Source of the DNA: Actinoallomurus iriomotensis
GTDB lineage: Bacteria > Actinomycetota > Actinomycetes > Streptosporangiales > Streptosporangiaceae
Assembly: GCF_030269445.1 (NCBI RefSeq)
Contig: NZ_BSTJ01000015.1
Location: 132,649 to 196,648, forward strand
DNA: 64,000 nucleotides
Direction of reading: 5' to 3'
A program made the translations under genes and the position numbers. Positions 9,935-18,409 of the stretch are shown piece by piece. Every line of letters starts with the position of its first letter. Positions within the stretch are counted from its first letter, which is position 1. The notes beneath the pieces are model-generated. The model had not been told where the DNA came from and ran no database searches. It worked only from the letters and a program-made list of their open reading frames with translations.

Positions 9935-10984
9935 TCAGATGACGCGGCGGCGCAGCAGCACGGCGAAGGTGCACGCGGCGGGTGGCAGCGGCAGCCAGAC
10001 CGTGATCATCCGATAGCCGAGGACGGTCGCGACGGCGGCCGTCGAGGAGACGCCCGCGGCGACGAGTCCCGCGACCAGGGCCACGTCCAGGCCTCCGATG
10101 GCGCCGGGCGACGGGACCACCGCCGTCAGCGAGGACATGCCGAGGTAGACGACCAGCACCGTCCCGGCGCCGATCGATGCCTGGAGGCCGCGCAGCAGCG
10201 AGAACAGGATGAACGCGTGGAAGAGCGGCAGAGTCAGCGAGCCGAGCCAGAGCGCGGCGGCCCGGCCCGGATGGCGCAGGACCTCGCCCAGCTCGCGCAT
10301 CTCCCGTACGAGCCGCCGCGCCGCCGAGGCCACCCGTCGAGCGCGTCGCCGCAGCCGCCGCCTCGATCCGCGCAGCGCGACCAGGGCCCCGGCCGACAGC
10401 ACGGCCGCTCCGACGGCCGCGAACGCGACCGGCCCATGTGACGACGGCGGGACGATGGTCCGTACGTCCGGCCGCGGCAGGTGGACGCCCACGCGGACCA
10501 GCGTCGACGGGGCGACCGCGACGGCGGCCGCCAGCAGCACGACGTGGGTGATCCCGGTGGCCAGGGAGTTCAGTCCCACCGCGCCCACGGCGGCGCCGCG
10601 GCTGATCCCCTGTCGCTGCAGGAAACGCACGTTGACCGCCATCGCCCCCGAGCCGGCGGGCAGCAGGTGGTTGGCGAAGGACGCCGCGAACTGGACGGCG
10701 AGCACCCGCCCGAGCGGCGGGCGCACCGGGATGGTGCCGAGCAGCGACACCGCGCCGGCGAGCCACATCGCCACGGTGGCGAGCACCGCGAGTACGAGCC
10801 ACTCCCCGTCCGCCCCGGCCAGGCTGTCCCCGCCGGCGTCGACGGCCGTACGATGCGCGACGCCCAGCACGACCACCGCCAGTGCGGCGCCGGCGCCCAG
10901 CAGCACTTTCACGGCGGGCCGCCGGAGAGGCTCCCCGGCCCACACGCCATCGGGATCCGCGGACCGCCGGGACCGTCGCCTCAC
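9935..10984 (-). CDS. Flippase-like / lysylphosphatidylglycerol-synthase-TM-family (UPF0104) integral membrane protein
   Basis: 349 aa, about 8 TM helices, Gly/Ala-rich helices typical of the LPG_synthase_TM family. The family is often partnered with GT2 enzymes. Confidence 0.65.
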   Translation of the reverse strand: MRRRSRRSADPDGVWAGEPLRRPAVKVLLGAGAALAVVVLGVAHRTAVDAGGDSLAGADGEWLVLAVLATVAMWLAGAVSLLGTIPVRPPLGRVLAVQFAASFANHLLPAGSGAMAVNVRFLQRQGISRGAAVGAVGLNSLATGITHVVLLAAAVAVAPSTLVRVGVHLPRPDVRTIVPPSSHGPVAFAAVGAAVLSAGALVALRGSRRRLRRRARRVASAARRLVREMRELGEVLRHPGRAAALWLGSLTLPLFHAFILFSLLRGLQASIGAGTVLVVYLGMSSLTAVVPSPGAIGGLDVALVAGLVAAGVSSTAAVATVLGYRMITVWLPLPPAACTFAVLLRRRVI

Positions 10985-11010
10985 ACCAGCCCCAATCCGC
11001 TCGAACCGAT

Positions 11011-11039
11011 CAACTACCGCGATAGTACTTGCAGTCCGG
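11011..11039. promoter_or_regulatory. Candidate BlaI-type operator O3, in the 70-bp gap upstream of the flippase-like gene
   Basis: CAACTACCGCGATAGTACTTGCAGTCCGG carries the same ACTACCGCGATAGTAC core. It is nearly identical to O2. Confidence 0.55.
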
Positions 11040-11053
11040 CAGGAGGTTCGTGC

Positions 11054-12316
11054 TCAGCCGAGGTTCCGCGGTACGCCGTAGCGGTGCCGGCCGGCGGCGG
11101 CCGGGGTGAAACGTACGGGCAGCGCGGTCAGGGCGCGGTGGAACGGGCCGGGCCGCCAGGTCGCCTCGCCGCCCGGGAACGCCAGCCTCAGACCGGGCAG
11201 GCCGTCGAGCAGCTTCTCGATGGCGACCGTCGCGATGAGGAGCGCCGGCCGCTTCGCCGGGCAGCCGTGCGGGCCCGCACCCCAGGCGAGGTGCGCCCGG
11301 TTGCCGACGCGTGATCCCGACGTGGTGTACGGGTCGGTGTTCGCGGCGGAGTAACCGATCACCACCGGCTGGTGCGCGGGCAGGATCGTCCCGCGGAACT
11401 CCACGTCGTGCCGGGGATAGGTGAAGCCGAAGTTCGCGATCGGCGGGTCGGTCCACAGCAGTTCGTCCAGCGCGTCCTCGATGAGCAGGTTGCCGCCCCA
11501 GACGTCGCCGGCCACCTCCTCGCTGGCCAGCAGCAGGTGGACGCCGTTGGCGATGAGGTTCTGCTGCGGTTCGGCCCCGGCGCCCATGAGGAGGAGCACC
11601 TGGTGCAGCGCCTCCTCGTCGGACAGCCCCGCCGGGTCCGCCAGGATCTGGGAGGTCAGATCCTGGCCCGGCCGGCGCCGTTTCAGCGCGATCAGCTCGG
11701 CGACGCCCCGGCTGAGCTCGGCGTTGGCCTTCTCCGCGTCGACGCCGTCGAAGATGCCCTTGTACCCGCGGGCCAGCCGCTCGCTGAGGGCGGGCGGACA
11801 GCCGAGGAGCCGGTTGAAGAGCAGCAGCGGCAGGGGCCGGGCGAACTGGGCCAGCAGGTCGGCCTCACCCGCGGCGGCGAACCCGGCGATGAGCTCCTCG
11901 GCGATGTCGCCCACCTGCTCACGCAGCGAGGACGGGTCGATGAGATCCAGCGCGTGGGTGACCGCCTGCCGCAGCCGCGTGTGCACCGGGTCGTCCGTGT
12001 ACATGCAGTTCGGCCGGTACATCATCAGCGGCAGCACCGGGCAGTCCGGCGGGATGTGCCGCTGCCACTGGCGCGGGTCCTTGGGGAAGGTCACCGGATC
12101 GCGCAGCACCTCGAGTGCGGCCTCGTAACCGATGATGAGGGTCGCCGGCACGCCGGGCGCCAGTTCGACCGGCACGGCCTCGCCGTACTCCCGCATCCGC
12201 GCGTAGGCCCACGCGGGGTCCGAGGCGAAGGCCTGGTCGTACAGCCGTACCCGCTCGAGCTGCTCGGCGGGCGCGGGCGGCGGAGCATGGCCGGCTCGGC
12301 GGGGCGCGGTGTCCAT
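11054..12316 (-). CDS. Cytochrome P450
   Basis: Heme loop HLAWGAGPHGCPA (FxxGxHxCxG), an ExxR-like region, 420 aa. Confidence 0.9.
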   Translation of the reverse strand: MDTAPRRAGHAPPPAPAEQLERVRLYDQAFASDPAWAYARMREYGEAVPVELAPGVPATLIIGYEAALEVLRDPVTFPKDPRQWQRHIPPDCPVLPLMMYRPNCMYTDDPVHTRLRQAVTHALDLIDPSSLREQVGDIAEELIAGFAAAGEADLLAQFARPLPLLLFNRLLGCPPALSERLARGYKGIFDGVDAEKANAELSRGVAELIALKRRRPGQDLTSQILADPAGLSDEEALHQVLLLMGAGAEPQQNLIANGVHLLLASEEVAGDVWGGNLLIEDALDELLWTDPPIANFGFTYPRHDVEFRGTILPAHQPVVIGYSAANTDPYTTSGSRVGNRAHLAWGAGPHGCPAKRPALLIATVAIEKLLDGLPGLRLAFPGGEATWRPGPFHRALTALPVRFTPAAAGRHRYGVPRNLG

Positions 12317-12344
12317 GGTGGTTCCTTCGATCTGATCGGCGAGG

Positions 12345-13733
12345 TCAGTGTGCGGCCGGGGTCCGCGCCCGGGTGGCGCGTACGGCGCGGAGCAGCAGAC
12401 CGGGCCGGATGAGGGTGTTCGGGTGCGCCCGCATGTGCGTGACCTGGAGGAAGCGGTGGTTGATGTCCGCGTCGGTCACCGAGGCCCTCAGGATCAGGTC
12501 GCTGATGCGGTGCGCGACCCGGAAGCCGCGCGGGTACGGGCCGTCGACGTGCGGCAGCCCGAGGTCGTTGGTCGTCGAGGTCTGCCAGGCGGCGTCGACG
12601 ACGATCCGCACCAGGTCGAAGTAGCCACGTGCCGGCGCCGAGATCGTGGGTCCCGACCGCAGGTAGGCCGACAGGCAGGAGGCGTGCAGCGCGGCCGAGG
12701 ACATGCCCTGGCCGTACACGGGGTTGAACGAGGCGACCGCGTCGCCCACGGCCACGAGCCCGGCCGGCAGCCGCCGCGACGCGTGGAAGTCGCGGCGCCG
12801 GGAGTCGGCCTGCCGGTAGGTCGCGACCGGACCGATCATCGGGCATCTCTCGGCCACGCTCGAGAAGATCTCCGGGAGCCGCCGGCAGCGCGCGCGGAAG
12901 TCCTCCGGGTCCCGTGTCGGGTGGTCGTCGGCGAATCCGGACAGCAGCATCGACCAGCGGCCGTCCTCCACCGCGGTCAGCACGCTGACTCCCGGGCGCT
13001 GCCCTGAGCCCGGCAGGACGACCGCCTGGACGGTGGAGGCGCCGGGCCGGGCGTCGTCGCGCCGGAACTGCGCGGTGGCGTAGCCGAGGTCGATGCCGAC
13101 CCGCTGCATCGGCGGCCGGGACCAGCCGGCCTGTTCCAGCCAGTCGCCGAGCCGGCTGGAGCGGCCCATCGCGTCGACGACGAGGTCGGCCGGCAGGTCC
13201 GTGACCCGGTCGGCCGGATCGCCATCGGCGGTGTACCGCACGCCGGTGACCCGGTCCCCGCTGAATGTCAGCCCACGGGCCCGTGCCGGGACGAGCCGGA
13301 CGTTGCGGAGGGCGAGGGCACGGGCGCGTACGCGGCTCTCCAGGAACGGCCGGCCGGCGCTGAGGATGTCGCCGTCCGCCGGCACCTTGAGGTTGCCGTC
13401 GACGTACATGCGGATGGCGTCGCTCTTCGACAGCACCGCGCCGTCGGCGAGCATGCTGTGGGAGAACCCGGGGAACCAGCGGTCCAGCTGCACCCGCCCG
13501 CCGTCCAGCAGGACGTGCACCTGCGTGCTCTGCGGCACCCCGGGCCTGGTCCGGCCCGGGTCCTGGTCGTCGCGTTCCAGGATGATCACTTCGGCGGCGT
13601 GGTCGCTGAGGACGCGTGCCGCGAGCAGCCCGGCGATGCTGCCGCCCAGCACGACGGCGCGTCGCAGCAGGACCCTGGTGTCGGCCGGCGGCCGTGCGGC
13701 TCCCAGTTCGCGGAAACGGCGGACCGGTCTCAT
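12345..13733 (-). CDS. FAD-dependent oxidoreductase / monooxygenase
   Basis: ORF 12345..14018 trimmed to MRPVRRF..., which has GGAGAA upstream. Rossmann GGSIAGLLAARVL follows the start. The 95 aa upstream of that start are Arg-rich junk. Confidence 0.75.
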   Translation of the reverse strand: MRPVRRFRELGAARPPADTRVLLRRAVVLGGSIAGLLAARVLSDHAAEVIILERDDQDPGRTRPGVPQSTQVHVLLDGGRVQLDRWFPGFSHSMLADGAVLSKSDAIRMYVDGNLKVPADGDILSAGRPFLESRVRARALALRNVRLVPARARGLTFSGDRVTGVRYTADGDPADRVTDLPADLVVDAMGRSSRLGDWLEQAGWSRPPMQRVGIDLGYATAQFRRDDARPGASTVQAVVLPGSGQRPGVSVLTAVEDGRWSMLLSGFADDHPTRDPEDFRARCRRLPEIFSSVAERCPMIGPVATYRQADSRRRDFHASRRLPAGLVAVGDAVASFNPVYGQGMSSAALHASCLSAYLRSGPTISAPARGYFDLVRIVVDAAWQTSTTNDLGLPHVDGPYPRGFRVAHRISDLILRASVTDADINHRFLQVTHMRAHPNTLIRPGLLLRAVRATRARTPAAH

Positions 13734-13774
13734 AGGCGTTCGTTCTCCGATGTGTGGCTGGTCGTGGTGCGAGG

Positions 13775-14626
13775 TCAGGCTGAGGGGGCGTCCGGCTTGC
13801 GGGCGACACCGCCGAGCTGCCAGACGCGTTCGGCCACCCGGTGCGGCACGGCGAGGTCCGGCCGCCAGGACGGCAGCCAGGTCAGACCGGGTTCGGCGAG
13901 GGAGAAGTCGCCGAAGAAGCCGGTGATGCGCTCGCGCTCGCGCGCCGTGGCCGAGGACACGATGGACCGGTAGACGTCCATGACGCGTCCGACCTGCCCC
14001 GGGCGCGTCTCCGGGCACGCGTGGGAGATGACGAGGTGGCTGCCGGGGGCCAGTGCGTCACGGATCGTCCGCACGATCTCCTCCGGGCGGTCGGCGTCGG
14101 AGAGGAACTGCAGGACCGGGGTGAGCAGCACCGCGACCGGCTCGTCCAGATCGATGAGCCGGGTGAACTCCGGGTGGCCCAGGATCCCGGCCGGGTCGCG
14201 CAGATCGGCGCCCACGACCCGGACGCGGTCGTTCTCGGCGAGCATCGCCTGACCGTGGGCCACGACGATCGGATCGTTGTCCACATAGAGCACGCGGGCG
14301 CCCGCGTCGTCGCGCTGGGCGATGTGGTGGGCGTTCTCGGCGGCCGGCAGGCCGAACCCGATGTCGACGAACTGGGTGACGCCGCACTCACGGACCAGGT
14401 ACTGGACGGCCCGGCGGGCGAACCGGCGGTTCTCGACGATGACCTGCCGGATCCGCGGGTCGGCGGCGAGCGCCGCCGCCGCTCGTTCGCGGTCGACGCG
14501 GAAGTTGTCCTTGCCGCCCAGCAGGCAGTCCACGACGCGGGCGATCGATGGGGCCGCCCACGTCACCGTGGGCCGGGGGGCGCGGATCGGCCCGTCGGCA
14601 CGCCGGAGCGGTGTCTCACCGCTCAT
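13775..14626 (-). CDS. SAM-dependent methyltransferase (actinomycete DUF574-like)
   Basis: Trimmed to MSGETPLRRADGP...; it contains LLGGKDNF, GFGLP and YVDNDP motifs. Confidence 0.6.
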   Translation of the reverse strand: MSGETPLRRADGPIRAPRPTVTWAAPSIARVVDCLLGGKDNFRVDRERAAAALAADPRIRQVIVENRRFARRAVQYLVRECGVTQFVDIGFGLPAAENAHHIAQRDDAGARVLYVDNDPIVVAHGQAMLAENDRVRVVGADLRDPAGILGHPEFTRLIDLDEPVAVLLTPVLQFLSDADRPEEIVRTIRDALAPGSHLVISHACPETRPGQVGRVMDVYRSIVSSATARERERITGFFGDFSLAEPGLTWLPSWRPDLAVPHRVAERVWQLGGVARKPDAPSA

Positions 14627-14871
14627 GGGCGGCAGGTGGTCGCGGACGGTGCCGCCGGAACGTGATGCACCCGGGAATGGTGTCGCCGCACGGGTCCACG
14701 GGGCATCCGTCGATGTACGGAGTCCGGTACGTAATCCCCCATACCGGGGTCTCCCGCCGACGGTGAAACGGATTGCCGACTCGGCCACGGGACGGCGGCG
14801 GAATCACTACCATTCAGGTGATCATGTGACGTACGCACACCCGCGGCGGGGCGCGAAGACGGGCGGATCGA

Positions 14872-17292
14872 GTGACGGAACGCACGGCGGACGGCTGGCG
14901 CGACGGCTACGTCCCGGCCGAGCTCAACGGCTTCGTCGGCCGCCGGGAGCTGCTCTCCTCGGCGAAGGCGCGCCTGTCCGACCCGCGCGTCCGGCTGCTG
15001 TCCCTGACCGGCGCCGGCGGTACGGGCAAGACCCGGCTCGCGATGCGGCTGGCGAACGACGCCCGCCGCGCCCACCCCGACGGCGTGTGGTGGGTCGACC
15101 TCGCCTCCCACACCGACCCGGCCTCGGTCGGACGGGTCATGCTGGACGCGCTGCCCGTCGACGACGTGTCGGCCCGGGAGCCCGGAGACGTCCTGGTCGC
15201 GGCGCTGAGCAGACGGGCGGCCCTGCTCGTGCTCGACAACTGCGAGCACCTCATCGGGACCCTTGCGCCCCTCGTCGTCCGCCTCCTGCGCGGCTGCCCC
15301 GACCTGCGGATCATCGCGACCAGCAGGGTGCCGCTCCGCTGCGAGGGCGAGCATCTGGTCGACGTGCCGCCGCTGAGCGTTCCGGCCGACCCCGACCGCG
15401 CGGTGGTGACCGAGTACGAGGCCGTACGGCTGTTCGAGACGCGGGCCTCCGCCGCGCGCGCGGACTTCGCGATCACGCCGCGGAGCGCGGCCGACGTCGC
15501 GCGCCTGGTGCGGATGCTGGACGGCATCCCGCTCGCCATCGAGCTCGCGGCGCCGCTGGTGCGCGTGATGTCCGTCGCGGAGATCGTGTCGATGCTGTCG
15601 GTGTTCCGGCTGCGCACGCTGTCGGAGGGCGTGAACGCCCCGACCCGCCACCGGACCCTCTGGGACAGCTTCGAGTGGAGCTACCAGCTGTGCTCGCCGG
15701 CCGAACGGCTGCTGTGGGTCCGGCTGGCGGTGTTCGCGGGCGGCTTCACGATGGACGCCGCGGTGGCCGTCGCCGCCGGCGGCGAGCTGGAGGCGGGGCA
15801 GGTGCCGATGGTCCTCGGCGAGCTGGCCGCCAAGAGCATCATCGTCGCCGACACCGACTCCATCCCGACCCGGTACGCCATGCTCGCGACCGTGCGCGAG
15901 TACGGCCTGACACGCCTCGGCTCGCGCACCGGGGACCTGCCGGAGCCGGAGAGCCGGCCCGCGCCGCCGTCCGACGACGAGATCGAGGCGCACCGCCGGC
16001 TCAGCGCGCACTTCCTCGATCGCGCCGAATGGTGCAGCCGGCACTGGTACGGACCGGACGAGGCCCGGTACCTGTCGGAGGCGCGCCAGGACCTGCCGAA
16101 CCACCGGGCCGTTCTCGACCGGTGCGCCGCCGCGACGACGCGGGAGGACGCCGAGGTCGGCGCGCGGCTCGCCGTCGCGCTGACCGAGATGCGGCTGTGG
16201 TTCTTCGGCGGAACGCTCGGCGAGGGGATGCGCGCCCTGACGCGGGCCGAGGAGGCCCTGGCCGCCAACGCGGCGGCCGCCCCCCTCCGGCTGACCGCGC
16301 TCTCGCACGCGGGCTGGATCGCGCTGTGCCTGGGCGACGAAATCAGCACCGAGTCCCTGCTGCGCCGCTGCCGGGCGCTGGCATCGGAGGTGTCCGGAGC
16401 AGACGAGGCGGCGTTCGCGCTCGCCGTCCACCGCTACTTCATCGCATCGACGGCCCTGATCCTCCACGGCGACTCGACGGCGCTCCCGCTGTGGGCCGGC
16501 GTACGCGACGAGCTGGCCGCGATGAACGACACACGTGTGCTGCCCATGGCCGAGATGTTCCACGCCATCGCCGCCGCGTTCACCGCGCCCGCGCCGGACG
16601 CCTTCGCCGTCACCGAGCGGCACCTCGCCGACGCGCGCGCCCACGGCGCGCCCTGTGCGACCGCCTGGGCCGAGTGGGCCCGCGCCCTGGCCGAGCTCCG
16701 TCACGGCGACGCGGGGTCCGCCGTCGCGCTGTTCCGGTCCGCGCTGCGCTCCCAGTGGGACATCGGGGAACGCTGGGGCGCGGTCTGGTCCATGGAGTCG
16801 CTCGCGTGGTGCGCGATGGCCCGCGGCCACCACGAGGAGGCGGCCCTGCTCCTGGGCGCCGCGCGGAACATGCAGGAGACGCTCGGCGTGGCCATCCACC
16901 GGCTGCGGCCCTGGGCCGAGGCGCACTCCGCCTGCGCCGAACAGGCCCGGCTGGCGCTCGGCGAGGCGTACGACGTCACCGAGAGCTACGGCGCGGAGAT
17001 GGAGCTCGGTGCCGCGGTCGACCTGGCGCTGGGCCAGCCGTCCACGCCCCGGTCCGACGCTCCGGCCCGGCGGCGGTCGGTGAACCGGCTGCTCAGCGAC
17101 AAACAGCGCGCCGTGGCCGAGCTGATCGCCGAGGGGAAGACGGACAAGCAGATCGCCTCGGTGCTGTTCCTCAGCCCCCGTACCGTCCAGTCCCACGTGA
17201 GCGCCATCCTCCGCAAGCTGGGGTTCACCAGCCGGGCCGAGATCGCGGCGTGGGTGGTCGAGCAGCAGAGCGGCGCGGCTCCGCGCTCCTGA
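14872..17292 (+). CDS. LAL-type regulator (large ATP-binding LuxR family): NB-ARC-like ATPase + helical repeats + C-terminal LuxR HTH
   Basis: Walker A LTGAGGTGKTRLA, Walker B LLVLDNCEH, C-terminal KQRAVAELIAEGKTDKQIASVLFLSPRTVQSHVSAILRKLG. 806 aa. Confidence 0.85.
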   Translation: MTERTADGWRDGYVPAELNGFVGRRELLSSAKARLSDPRVRLLSLTGAGGTGKTRLAMRLANDARRAHPDGVWWVDLASHTDPASVGRVMLDALPVDDVSAREPGDVLVAALSRRAALLVLDNCEHLIGTLAPLVVRLLRGCPDLRIIATSRVPLRCEGEHLVDVPPLSVPADPDRAVVTEYEAVRLFETRASAARADFAITPRSAADVARLVRMLDGIPLAIELAAPLVRVMSVAEIVSMLSVFRLRTLSEGVNAPTRHRTLWDSFEWSYQLCSPAERLLWVRLAVFAGGFTMDAAVAVAAGGELEAGQVPMVLGELAAKSIIVADTDSIPTRYAMLATVREYGLTRLGSRTGDLPEPESRPAPPSDDEIEAHRRLSAHFLDRAEWCSRHWYGPDEARYLSEARQDLPNHRAVLDRCAAATTREDAEVGARLAVALTEMRLWFFGGTLGEGMRALTRAEEALAANAAAAPLRLTALSHAGWIALCLGDEISTESLLRRCRALASEVSGADEAAFALAVHRYFIASTALILHGDSTALPLWAGVRDELAAMNDTRVLPMAEMFHAIAAAFTAPAPDAFAVTERHLADARAHGAPCATAWAEWARALAELRHGDAGSAVALFRSALRSQWDIGERWGAVWSMESLAWCAMARGHHEEAALLLGAARNMQETLGVAIHRLRPWAEAHSACAEQARLALGEAYDVTESYGAEMELGAAVDLALGQPSTPRSDAPARRRSVNRLLSDKQRAVAELIAEGKTDKQIASVLFLSPRTVQSHVSAILRKLGFTSRAEIAAWVVEQQSGAAPRS

Positions 17293-17391
17293 CGACGACC
17301 GGGCGCACTTCGTTAAGGATCGGGGCACGGCCGTGAAGGATCCGTTCGCGCCCGTACCCCTCCGGATCGGACGCGCCTAGCGTCGCCCGTC

Positions 17392-17751
17392 ATGGACGAT
17401 CCTCGTACGGCCCGCCCCGAGGTCACGCTGGTCACGGTGACCGGGACGATCGATATCTTCACCGCGCCGCGGCTGCGCGAGTCCGTGCTCGCGCGGATCG
17501 ACGTGGGCGCGGTCCATCTCCTGGTGGACCTGGAGAGGGCCGTGTTCGCCGACCCCACGGCCGCGGCCCTCCTCATCGGGTTCTGGTGGCGTGTGCGGGC
17601 CCGTGGCGGCCGGCTGTCGCTCGCCGGCGCGCCGGCGGCGATCCGGGACGTCTTCCAGGCCGGCCGCATCTCCCCTGGCGTCACGTTCCACACGTCGGTG
17701 GAAGAAGCCCTCCGTGAGTACCGTCCGGTCGGCGTGGGCGCCGCGTCGTGA
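17392..17751 (+). CDS. STAS-domain protein (anti-sigma-factor antagonist-like)
   Basis: 119 aa. Its stop overlaps the GTG of the next gene (GTGA). Confidence 0.7.
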   Translation: MDDPRTARPEVTLVTVTGTIDIFTAPRLRESVLARIDVGAVHLLVDLERAVFADPTAAALLIGFWWRVRARGGRLSLAGAPAAIRDVFQAGRISPGVTFHTSVEEALREYRPVGVGAAS

Positions 17752-18395
17752 CCGTGCCGGGCCGTCGTCCCCCTCGGAGGGTGTGGACGCCGAGGCCGGC
17801 CCGGGCCCGCGCGTTCTGGCGCCCGGCGGCGCGGCGGCTCGGGCTGGACCGCAACCCGATGCGGCGGCCCGCCGACCGGGCCGACACGGCGGCCGCGGTC
17901 GGGTTGGCGACGGTGTTCCTCCTCCTCGTCCCGCTGGTCGTCATGGGAGTCGGTCACCACCTGGAGACCTCCTGGCGGTGGGCGGAGCGGACGGAGACGG
18001 CCCGCCATCGCGTCACCGCGACGCTCCTGCGCGACGCGGAGCCACCGGTCGGGCGGCTCGGCACGGCCGTTCCGAAGGTGCCGGTCCCGGCCCGCTGGGC
18101 GGCGCCGGACGGTTCGGCGCGGTTCGGCGACCTTCGGGTGCCCTCGGGGGAGAAGGCCGGTGGCACCGCCGCCGTCTGGATCGACGGCGAGGGCCGGTCC
18201 GTCGATCCGCCGCTGCGGCGGTCGCAGCTCGCCGGGCAGAAGGCCATCGTCTCGGGGTTCGCGCTCGCCGCGCTGTCGTTCGCCCTCATCGGCGCCCGGC
18301 AGGCGGTACGGCACGTCCTGGACCGGCGGCGGATGGCCTGCTGGGAGGAGGAGTGGTCGGCCGTCGAACCTCGCTGGACGAGGCGGCGCCGCTGA
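17748..18395 (+). CDS. Two-TM membrane protein, Rv1733c-like family (tentative)
   Basis: NPMRRPADRAD motif, then a TM helix, a periplasmic segment and a second TM helix. Translationally coupled to the STAS gene. Confidence 0.5.
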   Translation: MTVPGRRPPRRVWTPRPARARAFWRPAARRLGLDRNPMRRPADRADTAAAVGLATVFLLLVPLVVMGVGHHLETSWRWAERTETARHRVTATLLRDAEPPVGRLGTAVPKVPVPARWAAPDGSARFGDLRVPSGEKAGGTAAVWIDGEGRSVDPPLRRSQLAGQKAIVSGFALAALSFALIGARQAVRHVLDRRRMACWEEEWSAVEPRWTRRRR

Positions 18396-18409
18396 GGGTC
18401 CGGTCCGTC

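Noticed and set aside
12345-14788. N-terminal extensions of ORFs 12345..14018 and 13775..14788
   Set aside because: Upstream portions are Arg/Pro-rich with no RBS. The Rossmann or DUF574 motifs only make sense from the internal Met codons used in the feature table.
14322-17336. 1004-aa plus-strand and 901-aa minus-strand ORFs
   Set aside because: Alternative-frame or antisense shadows of the LAL regulator gene. No domains.
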